A stretch of 64,000 bases of DNA from a bacterium. GTDB lineage: Bacteria; UBA10199; 2-02-FULL-50-16; JAJFLM01. The notes under the pieces were generated by a model. That model searched no databases. It saw nothing but the letters and a program-made list of their open reading frames with translations, and was not told where the DNA came from. The position numbers and the translations under genes are program-made. The DNA lies in assembly GCA_965216315.1 (NCBI GenBank), contig CBDCFN010000016.1, positions 2,048,001 to 2,112,000 on the forward strand, in the 5' to 3' direction. Numbering within the stretch: position 1 is the first letter of the stretch; the number at the start of each line of letters is the position of its first letter. Positions 28,292 through 38,143 of the stretch are shown piece by piece.

Positions 28292-29122
28292 TTAATACCC
28301 GTAAATGACGATAAAAAATTTCGTTAAAAAGAAATCCGAGATAAATATCGTCAGTGACGATATCACGACTGCGTATGTTGTCGATCGCCCCACCCCAACG
28401 GTTCCACCTCGCGTACTCAACCCCTCATAGCATGCAATAAGACCGACAAAAAAACCGAAAAAAACTGTCTTGACGAGGCCCGAAACGATGTCACTCATCT
28501 CCACCGTACGTTGAATTTGATCATAATAGAAACGCGTAGTCACACCAGCCTCCATGACGGTGATGACCATGCCGCCGAGTATGCCAACAATATTGCCGAC
28601 CGTTGTCAACAACGGCGTCATCAACGTCGTCGCCAAAATCCGCGGCAAGACAAGTTTCTGCACGGGATTGCCTCCAAGGGCCTCGATCGCCAATACCTGT
28701 TCGGTCGCGACCATCGAGCCCAGTTCGGCAGCAATCCCCGAACCGACGCGCGCCGCGATCATCAAAGACGTCAAGACGGGTCCGAGTTCCCGGATAATGG
28801 AAATACCGATGATCTGCCCGACATACAGTTCCAGTCCGAAACGACTCAAACCAACCGTAAACTGCAGGGCCAAGACCATTCCGGTGAATACCATGATGAC
28901 CAGCACCAAGCTTAACGAGCGCACGCCGACAAACTCACAGGCATGGATCAGCGCCCTCAGCGGAAAGCGATAGTGCGGGATGACCCGCACGCTTTGATAT
29001 GCCAGGTAGGCGATACCCCCTGCATAATCCAGCACCAACAAGGTCCGCGCTCCGAACTCGCGCAACCAGTCAAGCCCAAACGAGCTCTTGTCTTCAGTAT
29101 TATCAGGGGACTCGGAGGTCAT
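28292..29122 (-). CDS. mlaE: MlaE-type ABC permease
   Basis: RELGPVLT, GSGIAAELGSM..TEQ, GVGRSTT.AVV. Confidence 0.93.
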   Translation of the reverse strand: MTSESPDNTEDKSSFGLDWLREFGARTLLVLDYAGGIAYLAYQSVRVIPHYRFPLRALIHACEFVGVRSLSLVLVIMVFTGMVLALQFTVGLSRFGLELYVGQIIGISIIRELGPVLTSLMIAARVGSGIAAELGSMVATEQVLAIEALGGNPVQKLVLPRILATTLMTPLLTTVGNIVGILGGMVITVMEAGVTTRFYYDQIQRTVEMSDIVSGLVKTVFFGFFVGLIACYEGLSTRGGTVGVGRSTTYAVVISSLTIFISDFFLTKFFIVIYGY

Positions 29123-29603
29123 AAACGTATCTCATAAAATCAGCCAGACCCGCATCGAAATAACGTGGCGGGGCCAGGTACATTAGATCATACAGACAAA
29201 AATCCTTTTTCATGACGACGACCCGCATCCTCAACGGTACGCCGTCGATGGAACCGCGCCCGTCCAATTGGAGCGCGGCGCGCCCGTCCAATAGAAAGTG
29301 TTTAGCCTTCCCATGCTCAGCGTGATCCAGGCCTCTAAACAGATTGCGTGCCAAGATCGGTAACGGGGCGTCATCAAACTTACGCCCACATAAGGCATCG
29401 ACCACCAGCGTCGCTTCGAGTGACGGGTTTTTGTATAAGAGATGATTGAGAGAACGCTCGGGCCCCTTCCAGGTCACCGGTAAGCGGCCGACGTGAAAAC
29501 TCCCGTTCGTCGTCCGGACGCGCCCCTGATGGTAGCCGGTAATGCCGCCCTTACGATTCACCGCACAAGAGGACGCAAGCAGACTACAAAGCACTACAAT
29601 CAA
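29103..29603 (-). CDS. Hypothetical lipoprotein upstream of mlaE
   Basis: ASSC lipobox-like; LDGRAAL and KKDFCLYDL motifs; overlaps the mlaE start; start codon uncertain. Confidence 0.7.
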   Translation of the reverse strand: MIVVLCSLLASSCAVNRKGGITGYHQGRVRTTNGSFHVGRLPVTWKGPERSLNHLLYKNPSLEATLVVDALCGRKFDDAPLPILARNLFRGLDHAEHGKAKHFLLDGRAALQLDGRGSIDGVPLRMRVVVMKKDFCLYDLMYLAPPRYFDAGLADFMRYVYDLRVP

Positions 29604-29724
29604 GAATACGCTGGGCTTGTGGATGACAGACCCCCTTCCGTCTTCATCCTTATAGCGAATCCTGCAGTTTTAGCAATCAGGCAATGATGCGGACATCAGG
29701 CAAACAATTGATATGACAAGTTTG

Positions 29725-29796
29725 CGCTCCCAACGGGATTTGAACCCGTGTTACCGCCTTGAGAGGGCGGCGTCCTAACCGCTAGACGATGGGAGC
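29725..29796 (-). tRNA. tRNA-Glu (anticodon CTC)
   Basis: GCTCCCATCGTCTAGCGGTTAGGACGCCGCCCTCTCAAGGCGGTAACACGGGTTCAAATCCCGTTGGGAGCG folds as a cloverleaf; CCA not encoded. Confidence 0.96.
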
Positions 29797-29935
29797 ATTG
29801 TAATGGGGGTGTGTGCGGAGCCCATCACCTCCAAACCCCCGTACTGGTTCGCTCGCGCGAAGTGAATCCGACGCTCGCTCACAAGCATGGTGTGAAGTGA
29901 AGCGTGCCACTAAGACCAGCTTAGGTCAAGCAAAG

Positions 29936-29961
29936 CAACTTTCTCTCCGCCCGGTCGATAG
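29936..29961 (+). promoter_or_regulatory. Putative sigma28(FliA)-like promoter
   Basis: CAAC-N14-GTCGATAG, ending 10 nt before the ATG at 29972. Confidence 0.45.
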
Positions 29962-29971
29962 GCCACTCATC

Positions 29972-30655
29972 ATGTCAGCGCCGCATATCATCCCCCTCAT
30001 GACGATCCCGAGCGCCCTAAGTCAGGCGATGGCGACGTCGGTCCTCTACCGCGAAGCGGCCAACACGCTACTGGAGAACACCTATGCGCTCGATGGACTG
30101 CTCGGCACGGCTATCATTGTCGAGCCCGGTGACGATTGCGATGCCTATTTACTCGACCGATCACAGTACAATTACACGCGCGCCCACGCCCTCTTCGTCA
30201 AAATAAGGGAACAACGCGAGGCGATGCAGGCTCAACTCCCGCTGCTCAACCATGTCGAAAATCTCGTCGACTACATCGCCCATGTCACGACCAACGTCGT
30301 CTACATGACGGATCGTCAGCCGCGCTTGATTGCCGAGGTCTCTAAGGATAGGCGCAGCGTTGCGTATCACAATATTGATAGCCCAACTTATGAACGCTCC
30401 CTGGCCCTTTACATGGGGCTGTCTCCCCTGCCGATCTTCGGGACCAACATCCCGCATGACGATGACAGCGTGACCAGGCAGCTCGCGGTCTTCGGATTCG
30501 GTGCCTTCACCTACCTCTATCTCATCTGCCATCCGGATGCCCTGCAAAACGATCATTTACCGCCCGAACTCCTCTACCAAAACTTTCTCCGTCCTATCGC
30601 CGCGCCTCCCCTCTACTGGCAAGCGGATGGATCACTGAGCCTCAGCAGTCCTTAG
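29972..30655 (+). CDS. Hypothetical protein
   Basis: Long ORF filling the gap between tRNA and trhP; start chosen from the promoter-like motif; no family recognised. Confidence 0.6.
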   Translation: MSAPHIIPLMTIPSALSQAMATSVLYREAANTLLENTYALDGLLGTAIIVEPGDDCDAYLLDRSQYNYTRAHALFVKIREQREAMQAQLPLLNHVENLVDYIAHVTTNVVYMTDRQPRLIAEVSKDRRSVAYHNIDSPTYERSLALYMGLSPLPIFGTNIPHDDDSVTRQLAVFGFGAFTYLYLICHPDALQNDHLPPELLYQNFLRPIAAPPLYWQADGSLSLSSP

Positions 30656-30698
30656 ATTATTCTGGCAAAAGATTCGCCTTTCATGTCACAGTCCATTG

Positions 30699-32012
30699 AT
30701 GACCATATTGAAACCCGAACTCCTCGCTCCCGCCGGCAGCCTTGAAAAAATGCGCTACGCCTACGCCTTCGGTGCCGATGCCGTCTATGCCGGCGCCCCG
30801 CAATTTTCGCTGCGTGCGCGGGAAAATGAGTTTAAACTCGCTTCGCTCATGACCGCCGCCGAGGAATCACGACAACTCGGCAAGAAATTCTATCTGACAA
30901 CCAATATTTTAGCGCATAACCGCAAACTCAAACCCTTTGCGCGCCAACTCGATGAACTGATGGCCTGCCGCCCGGACGCCCTGATCATGGCGGATCCGGG
31001 CTTGATCATGCTGGTCAAGGAACGCTATCCGGAAGCGGTGATTCATCTCTCCGTCCAGGCTAATACAATGAACTGGGCGACCGTGCGCTTTTGGCTCCAG
31101 GCCGGGGTGTCACGCATTATTCTGTCACGTGAATTAGGCATTAATGAAATCAAAGAAATTAAAGATCATGTCCCGGAGATGGAGCTGGAATCCTTCGTCC
31201 ACGGCGCGATCTGCATTGCGCATTCCGGACGCTGTCTGCTCTCCAACTACTTCAATCATCGCGACGCCAACCAAGGCGCCTGCACAAATGCTTGTCGTTG
31301 GTCGTATAAACTCTATGCCAAAGAGAACTTTAATGATGATGACGTCAATGCGCGCATGGAAATCTTTGGGGACTTCTATCTGGAGGAAAAAGATCGGCCG
31401 GGACAGTTGATGCGCATCGATGAGGATGAGTACGGCACGTATATTATGAATGCGAAGGACTTGATGGCCATTGAATATCTCGATCAAATGAGAGATGCCG
31501 GGATTAGCAGCTTCAAGATCGAGGGACGTACCAAATCGATCTATTACCTTTCACTCACTGTCCGTGCCTATCGTCAGGCCATCGATGACCTTGCCGCCGG
31601 CAAAGAACTCAATCCGCAACTCATCGAAGATCTCAACAAACTTCATAATCGCGGCTACACGCCGGGCTTTCTCGTCAATCAGCCCAAGAATAGCCTACAA
31701 CGTTATGACGAAGGGCGCACCAATCTGTACACCCAAGAGTTTGGCGGCGTTATTGAAAAGACCGAGCCTAACCGCGTGCTGGTATTAGCTCGCAATCAAC
31801 TCGCTTTAGGGAACCAGATAGAAATCATCACCCCCAATGAATGTCATCAGACGGTTATCGAGTCGATGACACTCGAGGATGGCGAGAATATCGACATTGT
31901 CCATGGGGGAACAAACACCAAAGTCTGGATTCCGTCACCTCAACACCACATCCCCCCCTACTCACTTGTCTCCAAGCTGCTGGATCACCCTACGGCAACT
32001 TCATCCGTCTAA
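30699..32012 (+). CDS. trhP: U32-family tRNA 5-hydroxyuridine synthase-like protein
   Basis: [31 protein letters not shown]...[18 protein letters not shown]. Confidence 0.88.
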   Translation: MTILKPELLAPAGSLEKMRYAYAFGADAVYAGAPQFSLRARENEFKLASLMTAAEESRQLGKKFYLTTNILAHNRKLKPFARQLDELMACRPDALIMADPGLIMLVKERYPEAVIHLSVQANTMNWATVRFWLQAGVSRIILSRELGINEIKEIKDHVPEMELESFVHGAICIAHSGRCLLSNYFNHRDANQGACTNACRWSYKLYAKENFNDDDVNARMEIFGDFYLEEKDRPGQLMRIDEDEYGTYIMNAKDLMAIEYLDQMRDAGISSFKIEGRTKSIYYLSLTVRAYRQAIDDLAAGKELNPQLIEDLNKLHNRGYTPGFLVNQPKNSLQRYDEGRTNLYTQEFGGVIEKTEPNRVLVLARNQLALGNQIEIITPNECHQTVIESMTLEDGENIDIVHGGTNTKVWIPSPQHHIPPYSLVSKLLDHPTATSSV

Positions 32013-34170
32013 GCCGCAAGGCATTACTGATCACGGACACCGAACTGAAGCTCATCGCCGCCGCCGCGATCATCGGGTTCAGGAGAATTGCAAAAAATGG
32101 ATACAGGATTCCCGCCGCAATCGGCACGCCGAGGGCATTATAGATAAAGGCAAAAAATAAATTTTGTTTAATGTTGCGCATCGTCATGCGACTCAATTGG
32201 CGGGCTCGTACAATCCCCCGTAAATCCCCCTTGATAAGCGTTACACCGGCGCTCTCCATCGCCACATCCGTCCCGGTCCCCATCGCGATGCCGACTTGAG
32301 CCTGAGCCAAGGCCGGGGCATCATTGATGCCATCACCCGCCATCGCCACGTGCCTGCCTTCTGCCTGCAGGTCCCTGACCTTATCCGCCTTTTGCGCGGG
32401 CAATAAACCGGCAATCACTTCATCAATACCCAACTGATCCGCCACCGCCTGCGCCGTCGTCTCATTGTCACCCGTCAGCATAACAAGGTGCAGTCCTTCG
32501 CGCTTCAGGTCTTTAAGGGCCTCCGCTGCCGACTCTTTGATGGGATCCGCAACACCGATCAAACCGATCAGTTGTTGATCCAGCGCGACGTACATCACCG
32601 TCTGTCCGTCCCGCCGAAACTCTTCCGCTGTTCCGTCTAATGCAGCAGAGGCCACCCCAAGTTCCGCCATCAAGCTCTGATTTCCCAAGGCCACAGCATG
32701 TCCATAGACCTTCCCCGTCACCCCTTGTCCCGTGATCGCCTGAAAATCAGTCACATTCATTAGGGAAACCTCCCTCTCTTGTGCGCCTGAAACGATTGCC
32801 TCCGCCAAGGGATGCTCACTCCCGCGCTCAATACTCGCCGCAAACATGAGGAGATCTTTTTCTTCGGTTCCTGCGACGGGATAAACCGTCATCAATGTCG
32901 GTCGACCGCGTGTTAACGTTCCCGTCTTATCGACGACTAAGGTGTCCACTTGGTGCAGGGTCTCAATCGCTTCGGCATTCTTAAAGAGCACTCCCATGCC
33001 CGCTCCTTTCCCGGAAGCCACCATGATCGACATGGGTGTCGCCAGTCCCAACGCGCACGGGCATGCGATAATAAGGACAGCGATCGAATTAATGAGCGCA
33101 AACGCCATGGCCGGTTCGGGGCCGTAGGACGCCCAAACGACAAAAGTTATGATCGCAATAAGAACTACGGCCGGCACAAAGTAACTCGCGACAATATCCG
33201 CCATTTTTTGAATCGGTGCCCGACTCCGTTGCGCCTGAGCGACGAGCCCGATGATTTGCGAGAGTAATGTATCGGCTCCAATCCTTTCCGCCGCGAGCAC
33301 GAAAGAGCCGATTCCATTGAGAGTTGCCCCGACAACTTGATCGCCCCCCTGCTTGGCAACAGGCATGGCTTCTCCCGTAATCATCGACTCATCGATGACG
33401 CTCGTTCCCTCGACGATGGTCCCATCAACGGGAACCTTCTCGCCGGGGCGCACCCGCAGCCGATCGCCAACCTGAATATCTTCGAGCAACACATCGATCT
33501 CAACGCCATCATCTTTGACGAGGCGTGCCGTCAACGGGGCCAGCTCCAACAAAGAGGTAATCGCCGCATTCGTCGCGCTCCGGGCCTTGAGCTCCAGCAC
33601 CTGTCCCAACAGAATCAATGTGACGATTATGGCCGCCGCTTCATAATAAACCGCCACCTGTCCACCCGCTCCTCGGAATGAGGCGGGAAAGTGTTCCGGA
33701 AAATAGGTCGCGACAAAGCTATACCCATAGGCGACGCCGACACCGAGACCGATTAGCGTAAACATATTGAGATGACGGTTCAGCAGTGATTGCCAGAATT
33801 TGACAAAAAAGGGCCAGGCACCCCACAACACGACGGGAGTGGCTAAAACAAATTGCCACAAGATCGCGGCACGCCGTGATAGCAAGCGTCCAATGCCTAA
33901 ACCCGGAATCATCTCGCCCATGGCCATGAGGAAAATCGGAAGCGTGAGAACCGCGCATACCCAAAAGCGCCGCTTCATATCCCGTAGCTCGGGACTTTCT
34001 TCCGTTTCTTTAACGAGACCCATCGGTTCGAGGGCCATCCCACACTTGGGACAATCACCCGGTTCGTCGCGGATGATCTCCGGATGCATGGGACAGGTAT
34101 AGGGTCCGCTATGAAAATGGGGGGCTGGTTTTGACTCTGATTGATGGTGGCAACAGGTCGATTCAGACAT
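31990..34170 (-). CDS. copA: Copper-translocating P1B-type ATPase
   Basis: YTCPMHP...CPKCGM domain, CPCALG, DKTGTLT, SEHP, YNALG, MSFSS. Confidence 0.93.
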   Translation of the reverse strand: MSESTCCHHQSESKPAPHFHSGPYTCPMHPEIIRDEPGDCPKCGMALEPMGLVKETEESPELRDMKRRFWVCAVLTLPIFLMAMGEMIPGLGIGRLLSRRAAILWQFVLATPVVLWGAWPFFVKFWQSLLNRHLNMFTLIGLGVGVAYGYSFVATYFPEHFPASFRGAGGQVAVYYEAAAIIVTLILLGQVLELKARSATNAAITSLLELAPLTARLVKDDGVEIDVLLEDIQVGDRLRVRPGEKVPVDGTIVEGTSVIDESMITGEAMPVAKQGGDQVVGATLNGIGSFVLAAERIGADTLLSQIIGLVAQAQRSRAPIQKMADIVASYFVPAVVLIAIITFVVWASYGPEPAMAFALINSIAVLIIACPCALGLATPMSIMVASGKGAGMGVLFKNAEAIETLHQVDTLVVDKTGTLTRGRPTLMTVYPVAGTEEKDLLMFAASIERGSEHPLAEAIVSGAQEREVSLMNVTDFQAITGQGVTGKVYGHAVALGNQSLMAELGVASAALDGTAEEFRRDGQTVMYVALDQQLIGLIGVADPIKESAAEALKDLKREGLHLVMLTGDNETTAQAVADQLGIDEVIAGLLPAQKADKVRDLQAEGRHVAMAGDGINDAPALAQAQVGIAMGTGTDVAMESAGVTLIKGDLRGIVRARQLSRMTMRNIKQNLFFAFIYNALGVPIAAGILYPFFAILLNPMIAAAAMSFSSVSVISNALRLRRMKLP

Positions 34171-34178
34171 CGCGCTGA

Positions 34179-35393
34179 CTAAGGTAACGCGTCTGCACTG
34201 AGAATGCCAAGCCTAGATATCATTTCTTTGACGGCAATCAAAGCATGATCGAGTTTGCTTGCCGTCAGTGCAATCGCCTTGGGATCGATCACCTCGACGG
34301 TCGCTGCCGTCTCCACCTCCTGAAACGCTGGCACGACGTAGACGCGATCCGTGCTGTGCATCTTAGCAAGGTAACCCTTCACCATCTTCAACCCATCTTC
34401 CGAAAGGATCAAGGCCACATCCGGCTTGTCTCCCCCGGTATACGCAAAAGGCTGCGGCGAGAGGATGACTTCCGAAACACTATGTCCCTTCTTAATGGTA
34501 ATCGGAAAATCATCCTGCTGGGAAGCAAACAGCCCTGACTGCAAAGCTGCGTGACAGATATGCCGTGAAGCGGAGCGGACCTTGCCGCCGGCTGATCCGG
34601 CAATGACGAGATGCATGCGTTTCTTCAGGTTGGGTGAATAGCGGGCCTCAAAAATTTTCGGTGGCTCCACTTTTTCCTCCTTCGTACCTTCAACTTTGAT
34701 GGGAAAGTCCTCCCGTTCGCGTTCGTAGAGAAGTCCACTCTCCATATTCAACCGTTCCATCGTCCCCTCTAGGTCTTTCGCCTTGATCTCATTCATCGGC
34801 TGATAATACGCGGTACACATATCCCAAATGTCGAACAACGCGAAACCGGGTCTCCTCATTGCCGTGGCGAGATGCCGGTCGAGTTCCCGGTCAAAGTTAG
34901 TTGTTCGACGCACGTAGGCTGCCCCGTTGACACCGACAGTCTGACAAATATCCATCGGCCATTCGACATGACCCTCACGTGTCGTCGCCGTAACGGCTCC
35001 CATCGGGGTACTTACGGAATGCTGTCCGCCTGTCATCCCGAAATTAAGATTATTCATGACAATGACGGTCATGCCGACGTTACGTCGCGCCGCACTGATT
35101 AAGTGATGCCCGCCGATGCCGCACCCGCCGTCACCCATAATTACGACAACATTCAATTCCGGGCGTGCTATTTTAATCCCGGAAGCATAGGTCACACTGC
35201 GGCCATGAAGCCCGTGAAAGGCGTTGGTCGTAAAGTATTGATCCGACAGCCCGGAACAACCGATATCACTCACGATGACAACCTGGTTCGCATCGATACC
35301 AAGTTGGACAAACGCCTTATTGAGACTCTCCAGGATAGGTTGATGCCCACAGCCCGGGCAAAACGGATACGGCCGTTCGTTTCGAAAGCTCAT
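34179..35393 (-). CDS. 2-oxoacid:ferredoxin oxidoreductase beta (TPP) subunit fused to a gamma-like domain
   Basis: FCPGCGH, DIGCS, GDG...[12 protein letters not shown]-terminal IAGSAGG...GHSVSEV. Confidence 0.88.
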   Translation of the reverse strand: MSFRNERPYPFCPGCGHQPILESLNKAFVQLGIDANQVVIVSDIGCSGLSDQYFTTNAFHGLHGRSVTYASGIKIARPELNVVVIMGDGGCGIGGHHLISAARRNVGMTVIVMNNLNFGMTGGQHSVSTPMGAVTATTREGHVEWPMDICQTVGVNGAAYVRRTTNFDRELDRHLATAMRRPGFALFDIWDMCTAYYQPMNEIKAKDLEGTMERLNMESGLLYEREREDFPIKVEGTKEEKVEPPKIFEARYSPNLKKRMHLVIAGSAGGKVRSASRHICHAALQSGLFASQQDDFPITIKKGHSVSEVILSPQPFAYTGGDKPDVALILSEDGLKMVKGYLAKMHSTDRVYVVPAFQEVETAATVEVIDPKAIALTASKLDHALIAVKEMISRLGILSADALP

Positions 35394-36466
35394 ACGATTA
35401 ACTCCATGAATTGCTGGGGTGCAATGAGTTGTCCGTCAACCCGGTTCAGCCCGACAATGTCTCGATCCGAAGCCAGACGTTCTATCTCGCGTCGGTACTG
35501 GCCATTATTGAGCTCGGCAATCACAACTCGTTTAATTCCTTGTAAAGACTTCATGATCGCCTGTTCAGGAATGGGCCAAAGGCTCTGGATGCTCAGCGCC
35601 GAAACGTGACGTCCCTGTTCACGGATTAACTGGACCGCTTCACGCATCGCCCCGGCTGTAACACCGAAACTTATTAAGAGTGTCTGCGCCCCGGGCTGCA
35701 CATCGGCCTTAACCATCTCAAGGTCCTGACGATGATCTTCAATCTTACTGCGCAGCCGCGCATTCAGGGCCTCAACTTTCTGCGGATCTTTCGTAATAAA
35801 TCCGTCTTCATCGTGAGTGGACCCCGTCAGGCGAACAATGGCCTCACTCCCAAATGTTCTCAATGGAGGGACGGACACGTTCTCGATGAGCGACGGTGCC
35901 GGTTCTTGCCAGGCGTCGGCCGCCACAGTCGTCATCGTCATATTGAGTTCTTTGTCGGATACCAGAAAAACCGGCGTCCTAAATTTAAAGGCCAATTCAA
36001 AGGCTTTGATCGTCAGGCTATAGCACTCGGGAACCGATGAAGGCGCCAAGGCGATAATCGGATACCCTCCTGAGGTCGCCCAACGAACCATCTGGATGTC
36101 TCCCTGCCCCACCGTGGTCGCGCCTCCCGTAGCCGGGCCCAGCCGCTGCACATTCACGATCACGAGCGGCAGCTCCATCATAATCGCCAGGCCGATACTT
36201 TCCGTGTAGAGACTCACACCGGGCCCACTGCTCGCCGTCATTGCCCGGCACCCAGCGGCGGCAGCGCCCAAACACAAGCCCATCGAAGCGATTTCATCCT
36301 CCGCTTGAATGGCGACACCGCCCCGCAGAGGCATCGCTTTCATCATCTTCATCAGAATCGCCGAGGCAGGCGTTATGGGATAGCCGGCAAAAAAGTTGCA
36401 GTGGGCCTTTGCGGCACCTCTTACGATCGCCGTGGAACCATCAACAAATTCATAGCCATGGGGCAC
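35390..36466 (-). CDS. 2-oxoacid:ferredoxin oxidoreductase alpha subunit
   Basis: FFAGYPITPAS, QAEDEIAS, TASSGPG, QRLGPATG, ELNNGQ. Confidence 0.92.
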   Translation of the reverse strand: MPHGYEFVDGSTAIVRGAAKAHCNFFAGYPITPASAILMKMMKAMPLRGGVAIQAEDEIASMGLCLGAAAAGCRAMTASSGPGVSLYTESIGLAIMMELPLVIVNVQRLGPATGGATTVGQGDIQMVRWATSGGYPIIALAPSSVPECYSLTIKAFELAFKFRTPVFLVSDKELNMTMTTVAADAWQEPAPSLIENVSVPPLRTFGSEAIVRLTGSTHDEDGFITKDPQKVEALNARLRSKIEDHRQDLEMVKADVQPGAQTLLISFGVTAGAMREAVQLIREQGRHVSALSIQSLWPIPEQAIMKSLQGIKRVVIAELNNGQYRREIERLASDRDIVGLNRVDGQLIAPQQFMELIV

Positions 36467-36603
36467 CCCCTTAAAATATCATAAAGAGAGCCCCCCTCAT
36501 ACTTTCTTATTCGGCCCTTGACTGGGCCCAGAGGACGTGAGACGCTATATCCTGATTCGATAGTTTTTGTTAGGAGCTCTATAGCATTTAGGTAACCACT
36601 TTG

Positions 36604-36639
36604 ACCGTAAAAGCCCTATTAAGCTTTTGCGGTTTTTTT
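36604..36639 (+). terminator. Terminator-like hairpin in the leader of the RRM gene
   Basis: ACCGTAAAAGC-N8-GCTTTTGCGGT followed by a T run, about 20 nt before the ATG. Confidence 0.55.
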
Positions 36640-36658
36640 ATTTTCGGAAGGACTCATT

Positions 36659-36979
36659 ATGGGAAACAAGCTTTACATAGGAAATCTGTCATTTGACCTC
36701 TCAGAACAAGACTTACAAAACGCCTTTGCCGAATCCGGCGAAGTCGTCTCGGCACGCATCATTACCGATAAGTTTACGGGCAAATCCCGTGGCTTTGGTT
36801 TTGTCGAAATGTCAAATGATGATGAAGCCCAGCAGGCCATTGAAAAATTCAATGGTGTTGAGCTGGCTGGCCGCGCCATAGTCGTTAACGAAGCTCGCCC
36901 CCAAGAAAAACGTAGCGGCGGAGGTGGCGGTGGCCGACCCTCTCGTCACGGTGGCGGTCAACGGCGCGAGCGCTATTAA
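36659..36979 (+). CDS. RRM-type RNA-binding protein with Gly-rich tail
   Basis: KLYIGNL (RNP2), RGFGFVEM (RNP1), VNEARP. Confidence 0.95.
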   Translation: MGNKLYIGNLSFDLSEQDLQNAFAESGEVVSARIITDKFTGKSRGFGFVEMSNDDEAQQAIEKFNGVELAGRAIVVNEARPQEKRSGGGGGGRPSRHGGGQRRERY

Positions 36980-36990
36980 GGAGTCCATTA

Positions 36991-37407
36991 ATGATCCAAG
37001 CAGGTTCAAAAGTTAGTATCCACTATAAATTAACTGTCGACGGTGAACTCGTCGACACCTCTGAAGGACAAGATCCGCTCGCTTACGTGCAAGGTTCAGG
37101 TGAAATTATCCCTGGCCTTGAAGAAGAGCTCACCGGCCTCAAGGTTGGCGACAAGAAAAGCGTAAGCATTCCTCCAGAAAAGGGCTATGGCCCTTATGAG
37201 TCTGAAGCCGTCCAGCAGGTACCCATATCTGCATTCAACGAGGCGGACAAACTCAAAGCGGGTGATATCGTCAGCGGAGAAATGCAGGGACAGACGTTTA
37301 GGGCTACCGTTGTAACCATCGACAAAGAGAGTGTACGACTAGATCTGAATCATCCCTTAGCCGGAAAGACCTTGGAGTTTCATGTCGAGGTCATCGGCAT
37401 CGAATAG
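36991..37407 (+). CDS. slyD: SlyD-type FKBP peptidyl-prolyl isomerase
   Basis: IIPGLEEEL, PEKGYG, DLNHPLAGKTL.F.V; no His-rich tail. Confidence 0.88.
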   Translation: MIQAGSKVSIHYKLTVDGELVDTSEGQDPLAYVQGSGEIIPGLEEELTGLKVGDKKSVSIPPEKGYGPYESEAVQQVPISAFNEADKLKAGDIVSGEMQGQTFRATVVTIDKESVRLDLNHPLAGKTLEFHVEVIGIE

Positions 37408-37420
37408 ATTTGGTTTCTGT

Positions 37421-37448
37421 GGGTAGCTCCATAGGCATGGAGCTACCC
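37421..37448. terminator. Bidirectional terminator-like hairpin
   Basis: GGGTAGCTCCAT-AGGC-ATGGAGCTACCC, 12-bp stem between convergent genes. Confidence 0.7.
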
Positions 37449-37466
37449 CAGGCTTCCCCTGAAAAT

Positions 37467-38132
37467 TTAAGGTTTCTTCTTTTTTTCATCGGCCCACTTG
37501 GCCTTAAGATACCCTTCGCGGCCTGACCCAACTTTATAAAGCTGATAATGAGTGGGATTCTTCTGATAGTATTTTTGATGGTAATCTTCGGCACTGTAAA
37601 ACTTGGTTGCAGGCACAATTTCAGTCACAATCGACTTCTTAAAGCGACCTGACGCTGCAAGCTTCTCTTTAGACTGCTTTGCTGTCTGTTGTTGTTTGGC
37701 ATCGTGATAGAAAATGGCGGTTCGATATTGGGAACCGCGATCGGCAAACTGGCCATCGACCTGCGTCGGATCAATATTGCGCCAATAGATATCCAGCAGT
37801 TTATCGTATGAAACTTGTTTCGGGTCATAAACAATCTGGATCGCCTCCGCATGACCGGTGCCCCCTTTGACTACTTGCTCATAACTCGGACTATCGATAT
37901 TTCCACCCGCATAGCCCACCGTCGTTTTCACGACGCCTTCGAGTTGATCAAAAGCGGGTTGCATACACCAAAAACATCCGCCGGCAAAAGTCGCTTTGGC
38001 ATGTTGTTCTGACTGAGACATTGTTGATTGCTCAGCTCCTTTCGACGTAAGGCTGCAAGAAAGCACTAATAGGCCGAAGAGACAAGCAATTATGACATGG
38101 AATGGCTTCACGACTCGATCCTTCCACTTCAT
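37467..38132 (-). CDS. msrA: Peptide-methionine (S)-S-oxide reductase, exported/lipoprotein form
   Basis: FAGGCFWC, GHAEAI, GQFADRG.QY, AEDYHQKYY; N-terminal VLSC lipobox-like. Confidence 0.95.
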   Translation of the reverse strand: MKWKDRVVKPFHVIIACLFGLLVLSCSLTSKGAEQSTMSQSEQHAKATFAGGCFWCMQPAFDQLEGVVKTTVGYAGGNIDSPSYEQVVKGGTGHAEAIQIVYDPKQVSYDKLLDIYWRNIDPTQVDGQFADRGSQYRTAIFYHDAKQQQTAKQSKEKLAASGRFKKSIVTEIVPATKFYSAEDYHQKYYQKNPTHYQLYKVGSGREGYLKAKWADEKKKKP

Positions 38133-38143
38133 CTTAGCGCGTT

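Noticed and set aside
29725..30655. tRNA-Glu as an island integration site
   Set aside because: No integrase and no duplicated tRNA 3' end seen; the tRNA 3' side leads straight into the lipoprotein-mla operon.
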